Of a DNA stretch of 32,000 bases, positions 1-8,520 are shown piece after piece. The notes under the pieces were generated by a model. That model did not search any database, had not been told where the DNA came from, and saw only the letters and a list, made by a program, of their open reading frames with translations. Source of the DNA: Ignicoccus pacificus DSM 13166 (lineage in GTDB: Archaea > Thermoproteota > Thermoprotei_A > Sulfolobales > Ignicoccaceae); assembly GCA_025340205.1 (NCBI GenBank), contig CP006868.1:1260001-1292000 (forward strand), in the 5' to 3' direction. Position numbers and translations under genes: made by a program. Positions within the stretch are counted from its first letter, which is position 1; each line of letters begins with the position of its first letter.

Positions 1-300
1 ATCTCTCCCAGCGACATCTTCGGCCCATCTTATTACCTTTTTCAGCACATCTTTTAGCTCTCAAAGCGTCCTCTTCATCGAAGTACTCCCAAAAGCGCCC
101 CTTCGGAAAAGGAGTCGGGATAGCGAGGAGGTATGTAGAGCTTGTCCAAGAGTTTAGTTATTTCGTGACCAAAGGCAGCTATTCCCATTGAGTACAGCAA
201 GCCCTTGAAACACGCCCAAGCGTAGCCTTCGTGCTCTATGTTAGCTCTATCAGCTCATAAGGTCTTCGTCCAAAAAGACCTTCCCGTTCAAGATGCCCTT
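1..300 (-). pseudogene. HEPN-domain protein remnant (frameshifted; 3' end runs off the window start)
   Basis: Minus-strand translation of about 75-239 reads IEHEGYAWACFKGLLYSMGIAAFGHEITKLLDKLYIPPRYPDSFSEGA and then hits TGA. The expected continuation (EYFDEEDALRAKRCAEK, then KKVIRWAEDVAGRD) is present in the other two frames. That implies at least two frameshifts, near 95-100 and at an A5 run near 38-44. The G-x-x-x-x-x-H..LL and RYPD motifs are typical of HEPN proteins. There is an in-frame TGA 8 codons upstream of IEHEG. Confidence 0.4.
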
Positions 301-429
301 CGCTTAGCAAAAAGGTTGGGGATGAGCGGGAACCTCCGGCAGTGAGTGGATGAACGACTCTACCAGAGGCGACCTCGACTATTACAGCCAGTTTAAGTGC
401 ATGTGACTAGAGCTACACGTTATCTCTCA

Positions 430-640
430 TTCTTTCCTTTAAGAGGTAGATCCTTGTCAAAGGTTGTATGAAAGGGGAGAAGACGTTTATGTCATCGTCG
501 AGCTTGTCGCCAACATAGCGTCCTTTAGAAATACTATTAGGGACTCCTTGGAGAGAATCAAAGAGTTAAAGGAGTAGCCAAAGGGATGTAGAGCTTCTCG
601 TAAAAGCTGATGTCCAACCCCTACTCCAAGGTAAGGGGGG
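430..640 (-). pseudogene. minimal nucleotidyltransferase (MNT)-like remnant upstream of the HEPN remnant
   Basis: On the minus strand, the frame of ORF 487..684 ends ...SKESLIVFLK. After a frame change it continues GRYVGDKLDDDINVFSPF. This resembles the hFGS-x(9-13)-D-h-D-h motif of MNT antitoxins (GS replaced by GR). It is interrupted by stops, and its position directly upstream of a HEPN remnant fits the usual MNT-HEPN order. Confidence 0.3.
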
Positions 641-641
641 C

Positions 642-1466
642 TTGAGGGTCCACTATTTTCTCTTTTTGCTAGCAATGCTCTCAATAGGCTCCTCAGCGAT
701 ATTGGTGAGGTTGGCCAACGCTCCCGGCACCGTCTGCGCCTTCTTCCGCTTGCTCTTCTCCTTGCCCTTTGTGATAGTACTTAACAAGGGGTCTTTCAAG
801 GGCTTTGACAGGTTGGCAGTATTGAGTGGAATCGCCTTGGGGGTCCACTTCTCCCTCTGGATGGATTCGCTTTACCGCTTGCCCGTTTTCGTGAGCACGG
901 CCGTAGTGACCACTTACCCGGCGTTTCTGGCATTAATCGAATGGAAGAAGGAAGGCTTTAGACCCCTTTCCGCCTTGGGAATAGCCTTAGCCCTGTTAGG
1001 CACCTTCTCCCTCTTCGGCCTGAGGGGAGTCTTAGACCCCCTCGGACTTCTCGAGTCCCTTTTGGGCTCCTTGGCGATCACGGCCTATTTCTGGATTGGG
1101 AGGAAGGTTAGAAGAGAGAAGGAGCTGGGGGAGTACGTCCTATGGGCATATGCCTTCGCCGCCCTTACCGTCTTCCTTTACTTACTCCTTGTAAATGTCG
1201 ACCCCTTCATCTATCTCCCTAGGTCCTTCATTTGGTTCCTCCTCATGGCTTTAGTTCCTATGATGGGGGGCCATACGGTAATGAACTACTTGATCAAGTA
1301 CTACAAGGCCTACGTCGTTAGCTCTATAGCGTTCCTAGAGCCCATAATAGCCGCTATCCTAGCGTACTTGATATTCGGGGAAGTTCCGCCGAACAAGAGC
1401 CTCTTACCCAGCCTAGGAATAGTCCTAGGCGTCAGCTTGGTCGTGCTCTCGGAGCGCTACGAGTAG
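642..1466 (+). CDS. EamA/DMT (drug/metabolite transporter) family permease
   Basis: 274 aa with about 9-10 hydrophobic helices in two similar halves. The N-terminus LLAMLSIGSSAILVRL and the C-terminal half IAFLEPIIAAILAYLIFGE are typical of EamA repeats. TTG start. Confidence 0.8.
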   Translation: MRVHYFLFLLAMLSIGSSAILVRLANAPGTVCAFFRLLFSLPFVIVLNKGSFKGFDRLAVLSGIALGVHFSLWMDSLYRLPVFVSTAVVTTYPAFLALIEWKKEGFRPLSALGIALALLGTFSLFGLRGVLDPLGLLESLLGSLAITAYFWIGRKVRREKELGEYVLWAYAFAALTVFLYLLLVNVDPFIYLPRSFIWFLLMALVPMMGGHTVMNYLIKYYKAYVVSSIAFLEPIIAAILAYLIFGEVPPNKSLLPSLGIVLGVSLVVLSERYE

Positions 1467-1484
1467 AAAACTCTTAAAGCAAAG

Positions 1485-2621
1485 TTGGTAAGGTGCGGCT
1501 ACGGGTCACATGTATTGCAAGGTGGGAGTCAGCTCTCAGACATACTAAACATTATAACTCAGATAATGTTCATGGCTTTCCTATTCATGGCCTTCACCGG
1601 AGCCGATCAGAGGCTCAGGATGTACCTATGGGCCAAGAACATCAAGGCTAGGATGGAAGAGATAAAGGAGATGGCAGAGGAGAGTAAGAAGGAAAGCATA
1701 GAAGTCCTCAAGAAGCTTGGGGTAAGCAAGGCTGAGGATTTAGTAAACAAGCTAAGCGAGTTTTTCACCATAAGTCCCGTCGACATAGAGCCAACCGACA
1801 TAACCAAGAGGATGGCTCACATCTTCAGAACCGGGCTGAGGAGGTGGGAGAAGGAAATAGACAAGAACTTAACAGAGCAGATACCCAAGGCGAACAAGCA
1901 CAACGCTTTGGTCCTAATTGAGATAACCAACAGCCTCAATATGATATATAAGATAATTAGGCACTACCTCCTTTACGCCCTTAAGAATAACAACTTGTTC
2001 CTCATAATGCAACTCTGGATGATAATGCCTCAGATAACTAAGATGTCCAAAACCTTGAGGAATGCAGTAGATACCTTCAAGAACTGCAGACCTGTGGGGG
2101 ACTCCGTAGGTCCCTTGGTCGCCTACAGGCTCATGAGGAACAAGAGGAGGCTCTGGAGGCCGGCAGAGGATACCGTGGCGGGAGAGGTGGACGTGGACGG
2201 CAGAAACCTCATAGTGGTAAAGGCCGAGGGACCCGGAGCCACCGTGGGTAACCCCGGAGAGGCGATAATGAGGATAGTGGAGGAGAGGAGGGGCAACGTG
2301 GACTTGATCTTGACGGTAGACGCGGCCTTAAAGCTGGAAGGAGAGGAGAGCGGAAGCATAGCTGAGGGCTCCGGAGCGGCGATAGGAGATCCGGGACCGG
2401 AGAAGATAGCCATCGAGAGGGCAGCCGCCAAGTACGGAATTCCCCTCGAGGCCATAGTGATAAAGATGTCAAATGAAGAGGCAATAACTGACATGCCGAA
2501 GAAGATAGCTGAGGCCGCAGACAAGGTGGTCAACATGGTGCTCGAGAGGGTGAAGGAGCTCCCTAAGGGAGCTACCGCTATAGTCGCCGGCATAGGCAAC
2601 ACGTGCGGAGTGGCTCAGTGA
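1485..2621 (+). CDS. conserved archaeal protein, DUF1512-like (N-terminal TM helix plus soluble domain)
   Basis: 378 aa. It has an N-terminal hydrophobic segment IMFMAFLFMAF and then a helical region. The C-terminal region is Gly-rich: AEGPGATVGNPGEAI...AEGSGAAIGDPGPEKIAIERAA...IVAGIGNTCG. From memory this matches the archaea-only DUF1512 family. The exact start is ambiguous (TTG 1485 or an internal TTG/ATG). Confidence 0.55.
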   Translation: MVRCGYGSHVLQGGSQLSDILNIITQIMFMAFLFMAFTGADQRLRMYLWAKNIKARMEEIKEMAEESKKESIEVLKKLGVSKAEDLVNKLSEFFTISPVDIEPTDITKRMAHIFRTGLRRWEKEIDKNLTEQIPKANKHNALVLIEITNSLNMIYKIIRHYLLYALKNNNLFLIMQLWMIMPQITKMSKTLRNAVDTFKNCRPVGDSVGPLVAYRLMRNKRRLWRPAEDTVAGEVDVDGRNLIVVKAEGPGATVGNPGEAIMRIVEERRGNVDLILTVDAALKLEGEESGSIAEGSGAAIGDPGPEKIAIERAAAKYGIPLEAIVIKMSNEEAITDMPKKIAEAADKVVNMVLERVKELPKGATAIVAGIGNTCGVAQ

Positions 2622-2622
2622 G

Positions 2623-2925
2623 GTGGAAGGCATGGAGAGGCTCGACGACTTGGTATCGCTCATGTTGATAGGAGCCTTGGTAGCCCTAACTACCGCAATG
2701 ATGTTAGTAAATAGCAAAAAGAAGAAGGAAGAGGAGAAGAAGTTCATAACCGTGCTCAAGTGTCCCAAGTGCGGCTTCCAGAAGGAGAGGGATTGGAAAC
2801 AAGGGGACTTCGTGGGCTTGGTGGAGGGCAAGTGCCCTAAGTGCGGGGCTCTGATGGAGGTATACGCCATCTACAAGGAAGGCGAGGAGGAAGAGGAGGA
2901 GACCAAGTCCCTAATCCCTATATAG
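2623..2925 (+). CDS. small membrane-anchored zinc-ribbon protein with acidic tail
   Basis: It begins 1 nt after the stop of the preceding gene. It has one TM helix (LVSLMLIGALVALTTAMMLV), a K/E linker and two CPKCG motifs (CPKCGFQ...CPKCGALM, a 4-Cys ribbon), followed by a poly-Glu tail. The likely ATG start is at 2632. Confidence 0.6.
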   Translation: MEGMERLDDLVSLMLIGALVALTTAMMLVNSKKKKEEEKKFITVLKCPKCGFQKERDWKQGDFVGLVEGKCPKCGALMEVYAIYKEGEEEEEETKSLIPI

Positions 2926-3403
2926 GGAGTCTCAGGTCCTCCTTTACCACGCTGAACGCTATGTGGGTAACCGATTTCTTGACCTCAGGCCTGGAGAGCA
3001 GATCCTTCACGAAGACGTTGAGTCCATCCATATCCTTGAACTTAGCTATCAACATCAAGTCGAAGTCTCCCGTTATGTCGTAGACTGCTATCACGTTGTT
3101 CATTTCGCTTAGGTCGTCCTCCAGCTTTCTAAGCTTGTCCCCGCTCACGCTGAGCATTATTATCGCAGTTATTGGGTATCCCACCTTGGCGCTGTCAACT
3201 ATCGGAACGAATCCCTTTATCACCCCTTCCTTCATGAGCTTCTTCATCCTCGAGTGAACGGTGGCTGGCGACGCTCCAACAGCCTTTGCTATCTCCCTGA
3301 TACTCTTCCTAGCATCTTTCATTAACTCGGAAAGTATGCGGAAGTCTAATTCGTCTAGCTTGTGGGCCACTGTATTCAATCCCCGTGCTAGCGCCCACAC
3401 CAT
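2918..3403 (-). CDS. Lrp/AsnC family transcriptional regulator
   Basis: LDELDFRILSELMKDARKSIREIAKAVGASPATVHSRMKKLMKEGVIKGF forms the HTH. It is followed by a RAM/AsnC_trans_reg-like domain (ITAIIMLSV...VYDITGDFDLMLIAKF). The true start is probably the internal TTG/GTG near 3379/3370. Confidence 0.85.
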   Translation of the reverse strand: MVWALARGLNTVAHKLDELDFRILSELMKDARKSIREIAKAVGASPATVHSRMKKLMKEGVIKGFVPIVDSAKVGYPITAIIMLSVSGDKLRKLEDDLSEMNNVIAVYDITGDFDLMLIAKFKDMDGLNVFVKDLLSRPEVKKSVTHIAFSVVKEDLRLPI

Positions 3404-3520
3404 CCATCTCTAAAAAGTGGGGTATACGACCCTCGGACCCGGTGTAGCTCTTCACCCCTCTGAAAGGGGCGGGAACTCCTCATTGGGGACCGCTTTTTCC
3501 CTCTCGGGGGAGTTGAAAGG

Positions 3521-4444
3521 ATGAAGCTGCTCAAGAGAATAGCAAAGGAAGTGCTGGGGGACGAGGAGATATGGTCGAGGATAGACGTCGTAGGCGACAT
3601 AGCGCTAATTCATAGGAAGTTCGGATATCCTGTAGAGAGACTTCGGGTCTTAGGAGAGGAGCTGGTCAGGAGGATGCCGGGAATAAGGGCCGTTTACGCA
3701 ATCGAGCCCGGAACGGAGGGGCCCTACAAGCTGAGAAAGCTCATCCATTTGGCTGGGGAGAGGAGGACGAGGACCGTCTACAAGGAACACGGGTGCGAGT
3801 ACGAGGTAGACGTGGAAAAGGCCTTCGTCGTCCCCAGGCTCTCTGGAGAGCACCTAAGAATAGCTAGGCTGGTTGAACCTTGGGAAACTGTATTCAACAT
3901 GTTTGCCGGAGTCGGACCCTTTTCTATCCTAATCGCCAAGATGAAAGGAGCAAAGGTCTATTCAGTGGACATAAATCCCGTCGCGTATGAACTCATGGTA
4001 AGAAACGTCAAGAGAAACAAGGTAGAAGGAAAGGTCGTTCCCATCTTAGGGGACTCGGCGGACGTAAGTTACTGGCTTAAGGGAAAGGTGGACAGAGTCC
4101 TGATGCCCCTTCCCGAGCTGGCTCCCTCTTACTTGGACTTCGCATTGCTTTCCCTCAAGTACCCCGGTAAGCTCCACCTTTACCTTCACGTCCTTGTAAG
4201 GTACGGAGAAAGGCCCAAGACGGCTGGGGAAAGGGTGGCTAGGACCTTAATCGATTCCAAGTGCTCCTCCTATGAGCTCGAGAAGGTCAGGCTGGTGAGG
4301 ACTGTTGGACCTAGAATAGCTCAAGTGGTAGCTGACCTCACTCTGAACAAGTGCTCCTTCTCCCCAAGACTTAGGCCCACCCCGAATAGGGGGCCTCTGA
4401 GCGAGCTGCTGGGTCTGCCTCAAGACGGGAGCTACCTTAGGTAG
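3521..4444 (+). CDS. trm5: Trm5/Tyw2 (Met-10+ like) class I SAM-dependent tRNA methyltransferase
   Basis: The Met-10+ like core reads ETVFNMFAGVGPFSILIAK...KVYSVDINPVAYELMVRNVKRNKVEGKV.P.LGD. This is the SAM motif I plus the D-x-NP catalytic motif. The low-complexity C-terminal tail may be over-extended. Confidence 0.7.
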   Translation: MKLLKRIAKEVLGDEEIWSRIDVVGDIALIHRKFGYPVERLRVLGEELVRRMPGIRAVYAIEPGTEGPYKLRKLIHLAGERRTRTVYKEHGCEYEVDVEKAFVVPRLSGEHLRIARLVEPWETVFNMFAGVGPFSILIAKMKGAKVYSVDINPVAYELMVRNVKRNKVEGKVVPILGDSADVSYWLKGKVDRVLMPLPELAPSYLDFALLSLKYPGKLHLYLHVLVRYGERPKTAGERVARTLIDSKCSSYELEKVRLVRTVGPRIAQVVADLTLNKCSFSPRLRPTPNRGPLSELLGLPQDGSYLR

Positions 4445-4478
4445 TATCGTTCCGCTCCCTTACCGCTTCATAAACTCC

Positions 4479-7145
4479 GTGTGCCCCCCACACCGGGGTC
4501 GCGCTGTGAAGAGGGTCATAGCGTGGATAGCTATAGCGATAATTGCTGCTATGTTCGCCTCCCAGATCGACAAGGTACTCGTGTACAGCGAAACCGCGAT
4601 GTTGCCTCCTCAAGCGGAGTCCTACAAGGTAAAGCAGGCATTAGAGAAGTACTTCCCTAGCCTAGAAAACAGAACGATGATGATGGTAATCTTGAAGGTA
4701 AACGCTACCAGTCCTCAAGCGGTGAAGTGGTACGAGCGGTGGAAGAACGTCACGAAGGTAAACGCTACCAGCTTCTACGACGCTTGGGACGGCTTCAAGA
4801 AGGCCTTGAAGGGCTTATACAACGGATTAGGGCACATGGTAAAAGGCATCAACAAGGGATTCGAGGGCTACTGGATGGTCACAGACATGATACACCTAAC
4901 AATGACCATGAACGGCCTCTACGACGAGCCGGAGAAGCAGGCTTTGCAAGACTTCAAGCTATTGGTAGCTGGAACCAAGCTGGAGAAGTTTGACTACATC
5001 GCAAAGGCTCTATACGAGTACATTCACAAGAAGCACCTAGACCCTGCAAAGGTGGATGACTCAGTCCTATCCTGCATCGCCAAGCACGAGCTATACAAGA
5101 GGTTGAGCAACGATTACGCCAAGACCTACCTCTGCTGTCTCGCTTGCGCCCTCAACCCGAAGCTGAAGGGAGTTCAGCTGTGGATGCAGTACGGGTTTGA
5201 TCCCGGAACCCTGAAGCAGAAGATAGACAGCTACGTCAAGGAGTTCACCCCTCAAGGAATAAAGTGCTTCGTGGAGAAGAAGCTGAGCAAGTTGCCAACC
5301 GACGTGGCCTACGAGGTGATATTAGCCTCGTGGGAAGGGAAGAAGCTTAACAACTTGGATGCCCTGGCATTAAAGGCATTAGAAGAAAAGATGGGCAAGG
5401 TCCTTCACTACCTAATGGTATCAAAGGACTGGAAGACGGTTAATATAAGAATGACCAATGTTAGTTACGAAGAGGCAATTAACGCTAAGAAGGAAGCTTT
5501 GAAGTTAGGAAAAGGTGTAGTCGAGAAGGCGTATCTGCTTGGAGGAAGCGTTCTAGATAAGGAGATGAGAGAGGCTAACGTCAGGGATGCCGAAAGAGTG
5601 CAGACCTTAAGCCACGTGCTAGTGTTAGTAGTGCTCTTCGCCCTGACCAGATCGCTTGCCGCCTCTCTAGTGCCATTCCTAGTGGTCGGGATAGGAATAG
5701 TGGTGGGAATGGCCTTGGCCTTCTTCATAGGGCAGATGTTCCCAATCTACCAGATGGCCAGAACGCTGATGATAACGACCGGCCTGGGACTAGGTATGGA
5801 CTACAGCATCTTCATATTATCGAGGTTCAGAGAGGAGTTAGGGCACGGTAGGGATCCCAAGGAGGCCGCCAAGATAGCAGCAAAGAGGGCCGGTCACGCG
5901 GTAGGAATCTCAGCTCTGGCAGCATCCCTAGGATTCGCCTCCCTAATGCTCTCCGGAACGCTAATGCTGAACAGCATGGGTATGACCATACCGCTGACGG
6001 TATTGGCTACAGCAGCCGCCTCGATAACCATGCTTCCGGAACTACTAGCTTACTTGGGAGGGAAGAAGTGGTTCTGGTGGCCTAGCAAGAACGTAGAGAA
6101 GCCCTCCCACGAGGTGGCGCCGCCTAGAAGAGGGGCAGTAATAGCGATATTCTTGATAACACTAATAGTGACGGCTGTGAGCCTCTACTTCTACGTCAAC
6201 TACAAAGGAAGCAGCGACACGAGGCTGTTCATACCCAAGAACACGGAGGCCTATCAAGCCCTCCAAGAGTTCTCCAAGAGGTTCCCGCCGGGAGCTTGGG
6301 GTCCCGTAATGCTCTACACCAACCAGTACAACCCGTTCTACTGGAAGATGCTGAAGTCAAGGCTAGAGAACATAACCGGAGTAGCGCTGGTAATGGATCC
6401 GAGCAAGGATATGGGAACAATCAAGGGCTCAAAAGCAGTTGCAATGATAATACTCGACTACGAGCCCTTCAGCAGCAAGGCGCTCGACGTAGTCCCCAAG
6501 ATAAGGGACGTCGCTCACCGCTTCCACTGGCTAGTTGGAGGGATGCCCGCCGAGCTATACGACATGAACATACTGATAACTAAGCTGTTCTGGAGCAGGG
6601 TAGCTCCCTTCGCGATAATAGCGACGATGTTAGTGCTAGCCTTCGCCGTGAGGAAGCTGGATCCGGTGATAGCCGCGGCCTATGGATTGGTGGCAGCGAT
6701 ATCTTGGGCCGTCATACTGTCGCACATAATCTCGGTGAGCCTGTGGGGCTACGCTCTGTACTGGATGACCCCGCTGATAGCGCTGATCGCCACTCTGGGC
6801 ATCGGTACGGACTACAACGTGTTCTACATTACTAGAATGATAGAGGAGATAGAGAAGGAGGTGAAGGCCGGAAGGAGCGTCATAGGAGGAATATGGAGAC
6901 CGATAAAGGCAGTAGGACCGGTAATCATAGGACTGGCCTCGATCATGGCCTCAGCATACTTCGGAATGCTGATAGCGCAGTCAATAGGACTGAAGCAGAT
7001 GGGACTGGCACTAGGCTTCTCGGCGCTGTTCGCGGCGCTCAACGCGGTGCTACTCAACCCGATAACGCTAACGGTGTTAGCGAGCGTGAAGGAGTTATTC
7101 AAAGGAAGGAAGGTCAAGGAGAAGAGGGAGGAGATAATAGAGTGA
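4479..7145 (+). CDS. MMPL/RND-superfamily membrane transporter
   Basis: 888 aa. There are two 5-6 TM bundles, each preceded by a large extracytoplasmic domain. The duplicated motifs GLGMDYSIFILSRFREEL and GIGTDYNVFYITRMIEEI are characteristic of MMPL/SSD transporters. The likely start is GTG 4506 (MKRVIAWIAIAII). Confidence 0.85.
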   Translation: MCPPHRGRAVKRVIAWIAIAIIAAMFASQIDKVLVYSETAMLPPQAESYKVKQALEKYFPSLENRTMMMVILKVNATSPQAVKWYERWKNVTKVNATSFYDAWDGFKKALKGLYNGLGHMVKGINKGFEGYWMVTDMIHLTMTMNGLYDEPEKQALQDFKLLVAGTKLEKFDYIAKALYEYIHKKHLDPAKVDDSVLSCIAKHELYKRLSNDYAKTYLCCLACALNPKLKGVQLWMQYGFDPGTLKQKIDSYVKEFTPQGIKCFVEKKLSKLPTDVAYEVILASWEGKKLNNLDALALKALEEKMGKVLHYLMVSKDWKTVNIRMTNVSYEEAINAKKEALKLGKGVVEKAYLLGGSVLDKEMREANVRDAERVQTLSHVLVLVVLFALTRSLAASLVPFLVVGIGIVVGMALAFFIGQMFPIYQMARTLMITTGLGLGMDYSIFILSRFREELGHGRDPKEAAKIAAKRAGHAVGISALAASLGFASLMLSGTLMLNSMGMTIPLTVLATAAASITMLPELLAYLGGKKWFWWPSKNVEKPSHEVAPPRRGAVIAIFLITLIVTAVSLYFYVNYKGSSDTRLFIPKNTEAYQALQEFSKRFPPGAWGPVMLYTNQYNPFYWKMLKSRLENITGVALVMDPSKDMGTIKGSKAVAMIILDYEPFSSKALDVVPKIRDVAHRFHWLVGGMPAELYDMNILITKLFWSRVAPFAIIATMLVLAFAVRKLDPVIAAAYGLVAAISWAVILSHIISVSLWGYALYWMTPLIALIATLGIGTDYNVFYITRMIEEIEKEVKAGRSVIGGIWRPIKAVGPVIIGLASIMASAYFGMLIAQSIGLKQMGLALGFSALFAALNAVLLNPITLTVLASVKELFKGRKVKEKREEIIE

Positions 7146-7148
7146 TTT

Positions 7149-8264
7149 TTACTCGTGAACCTTATACCTTCCCTTTTCTATCCTCCCTATCACTGCCAAC
7201 GGGGAGGACCTCTTCACTATGGCGGTGTACTTGTTTCTCGCCCTCTCTAAGTCCAATTCCTTCACATCGAGCAGTATTACCGGACCGTCCGACCCCTTCT
7301 TTATCGCTATCTCCCACGGAATCTTCAGAGGTTCCTTGGCGTTTACCGTTACTGCCTTCAGCAACTTTCTAGCCACCTCCTCGCTCCAGCTCCCATGCTT
7401 CCTGATTAGGAGGGCGGAGACTTCCAAGTCCCTCCAGAGGTTGGGGGAGGTCCAGGCGGCGTTGTCGGTGCCTAAGAGCAAGTTCACGTCCTCCTCTATC
7501 GCATAGTGAATCTTCGGCGTTTTCTTGAACCAGACGTTGGCTCTAGGACAGATCGCTAGTGATATTCCCCTTCTCCTCATTTCTGTAAAGTGTTCCCTCT
7601 CCAAGTTTATTCCGTGAACTACGAAGTTGACTCCCACCTCCTCCATCGCCATGTAGAGCTCCTCCGGGCCCCCCACCTCAGCCACGTGAGTGCCTACCGG
7701 CTTCCCGAAGCTCCTGAACAAGGCAGAGGCCCTCTTGGCCAAGGCTAGAGAAGGATAGTCCGGTTCCGGAAGCCCTAATCCGTGGGCTACCTCCACGAGC
7801 TTTAGCATTTCCTTCTCATCCTCAAACCTACCCATAGGCAAGTAGCCGCTGTAGGAGGCCCTCCTGGCGGCCTCCAACCCCATCCTAACTCCTTTGACTC
7901 CCTGCTCTCTGAAGTCGGCAACCGCCATAATTCCATAGTTCTTCATCTTTTCAAGTGTGTGCGTCATGCTGTTTATTATTTCCTTACGATCCAGCCTTTC
8001 CAGCTCCCTTCTCTTCAGCCCCTTCGAGGGGTCCACTATCTCGCTCAGATCCTTATCGGCCCAAGCTTCTGGGAAAGCGGAATCTCCCAAGTGCGCGTGG
8101 GAGTTGATAAGGCCGGGCATGGCCAAGGCGTTTGCCGTTATTCCCTTGGAGTCCCATCCCTCATCTATACCCGCCAGTCTCCCTCCCTCATATATCAGGC
8201 TGACTTCCTCCACCAGCTCCAGCTCATCACCTATCAGAGCGTATCTCACGTTCAGAATGAACAT
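7149..8264 (-). CDS. metal-dependent amidohydrolase family protein (chlorohydrolase/deaminase-like)
   Basis: It carries MPGLINSHAHLGDS (H-x-H metal motif), an internal GTHVAE, HGI, and LLGTDNAAW (a conserved Asp near the C-terminus). The length fits a TIM-barrel amidohydrolase. The substrate cannot be assigned. Confidence 0.8.
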   Translation of the reverse strand: MFILNVRYALIGDELELVEEVSLIYEGGRLAGIDEGWDSKGITANALAMPGLINSHAHLGDSAFPEAWADKDLSEIVDPSKGLKRRELERLDRKEIINSMTHTLEKMKNYGIMAVADFREQGVKGVRMGLEAARRASYSGYLPMGRFEDEKEMLKLVEVAHGLGLPEPDYPSLALAKRASALFRSFGKPVGTHVAEVGGPEELYMAMEEVGVNFVVHGINLEREHFTEMRRRGISLAICPRANVWFKKTPKIHYAIEEDVNLLLGTDNAAWTSPNLWRDLEVSALLIRKHGSWSEEVARKLLKAVTVNAKEPLKIPWEIAIKKGSDGPVILLDVKELDLERARNKYTAIVKRSSPLAVIGRIEKGRYKVHE

Positions 8265-8520
8265 GACGTTACTACCCTAAGCGCTAGGATTATATAACAT
8301 CTTTTATGATTTCTATTAAGTAAAGAAAAAGAGTTGACATTATTAAAGGGTCTCGTTAAGACTCCGAATGGTTAAAACTTCTCTTAATTCTCTATTCGAT
8401 AACAATCACGCAAGGGAAAGGTGAGAAGTATACCGAAGAGAAGGGGAAAAGAGTGGGAAGACCATCGATGAGGGTAAGAGCTGAAAGCCATTCCCGAGCC
8501 TCAACCATTCGGGTGAGGCG

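Noticed and set aside
2123-2602. A long antisense ORF (159 aa) and its neighbour 2209..2484, opposite the DUF1512-like gene.
   Set aside because: The S/L/P/A-rich low-complexity translation is typical of the reverse complement of a G/E/A/K-rich gene, and the sense ORF has recognisable motifs. The same reasoning applies to 1607..1807.
3455-3469. The short hairpin CCCCTCTGAAAGGGG upstream of trm5, similar to CCCCTTCAGAAAGGGG at 16816-16831 upstream of gene 16840, considered as a possible shared leader motif.
   Set aside because: The stems are only 5-6 bp and there are only two copies. G/C-rich purine runs are common near Shine-Dalgarno-like regions here, so this is not enough to claim a motif.
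3388-3600. A 70-aa minus-strand ORF spanning the lrp-trm5 intergenic region.
   Set aside because: It overlaps the starts of two well-supported divergent genes, and its S/P/R-rich composition is not coding-like.
4727-6583. Arg/Gly/Gln-rich alternative-frame ORFs (4727..4993, 6296..6583, 6229..6420, 5465..5728) within the MMPL gene, plus 6893..7372 and 6824..7117 at its 3' end.
   Set aside because: Their composition is typical of off-frame translation, and the MMPL frame is continuous and motif-bearing.
8462-8492. A candidate C/D box sRNA (GATGAGG ... CTGA) in the 256-bp intergenic region.
   Set aside because: The C box is imperfect, the CTGA is only 8 nt downstream (too short for a guide), and there is no second C'/D pair or terminal stem.
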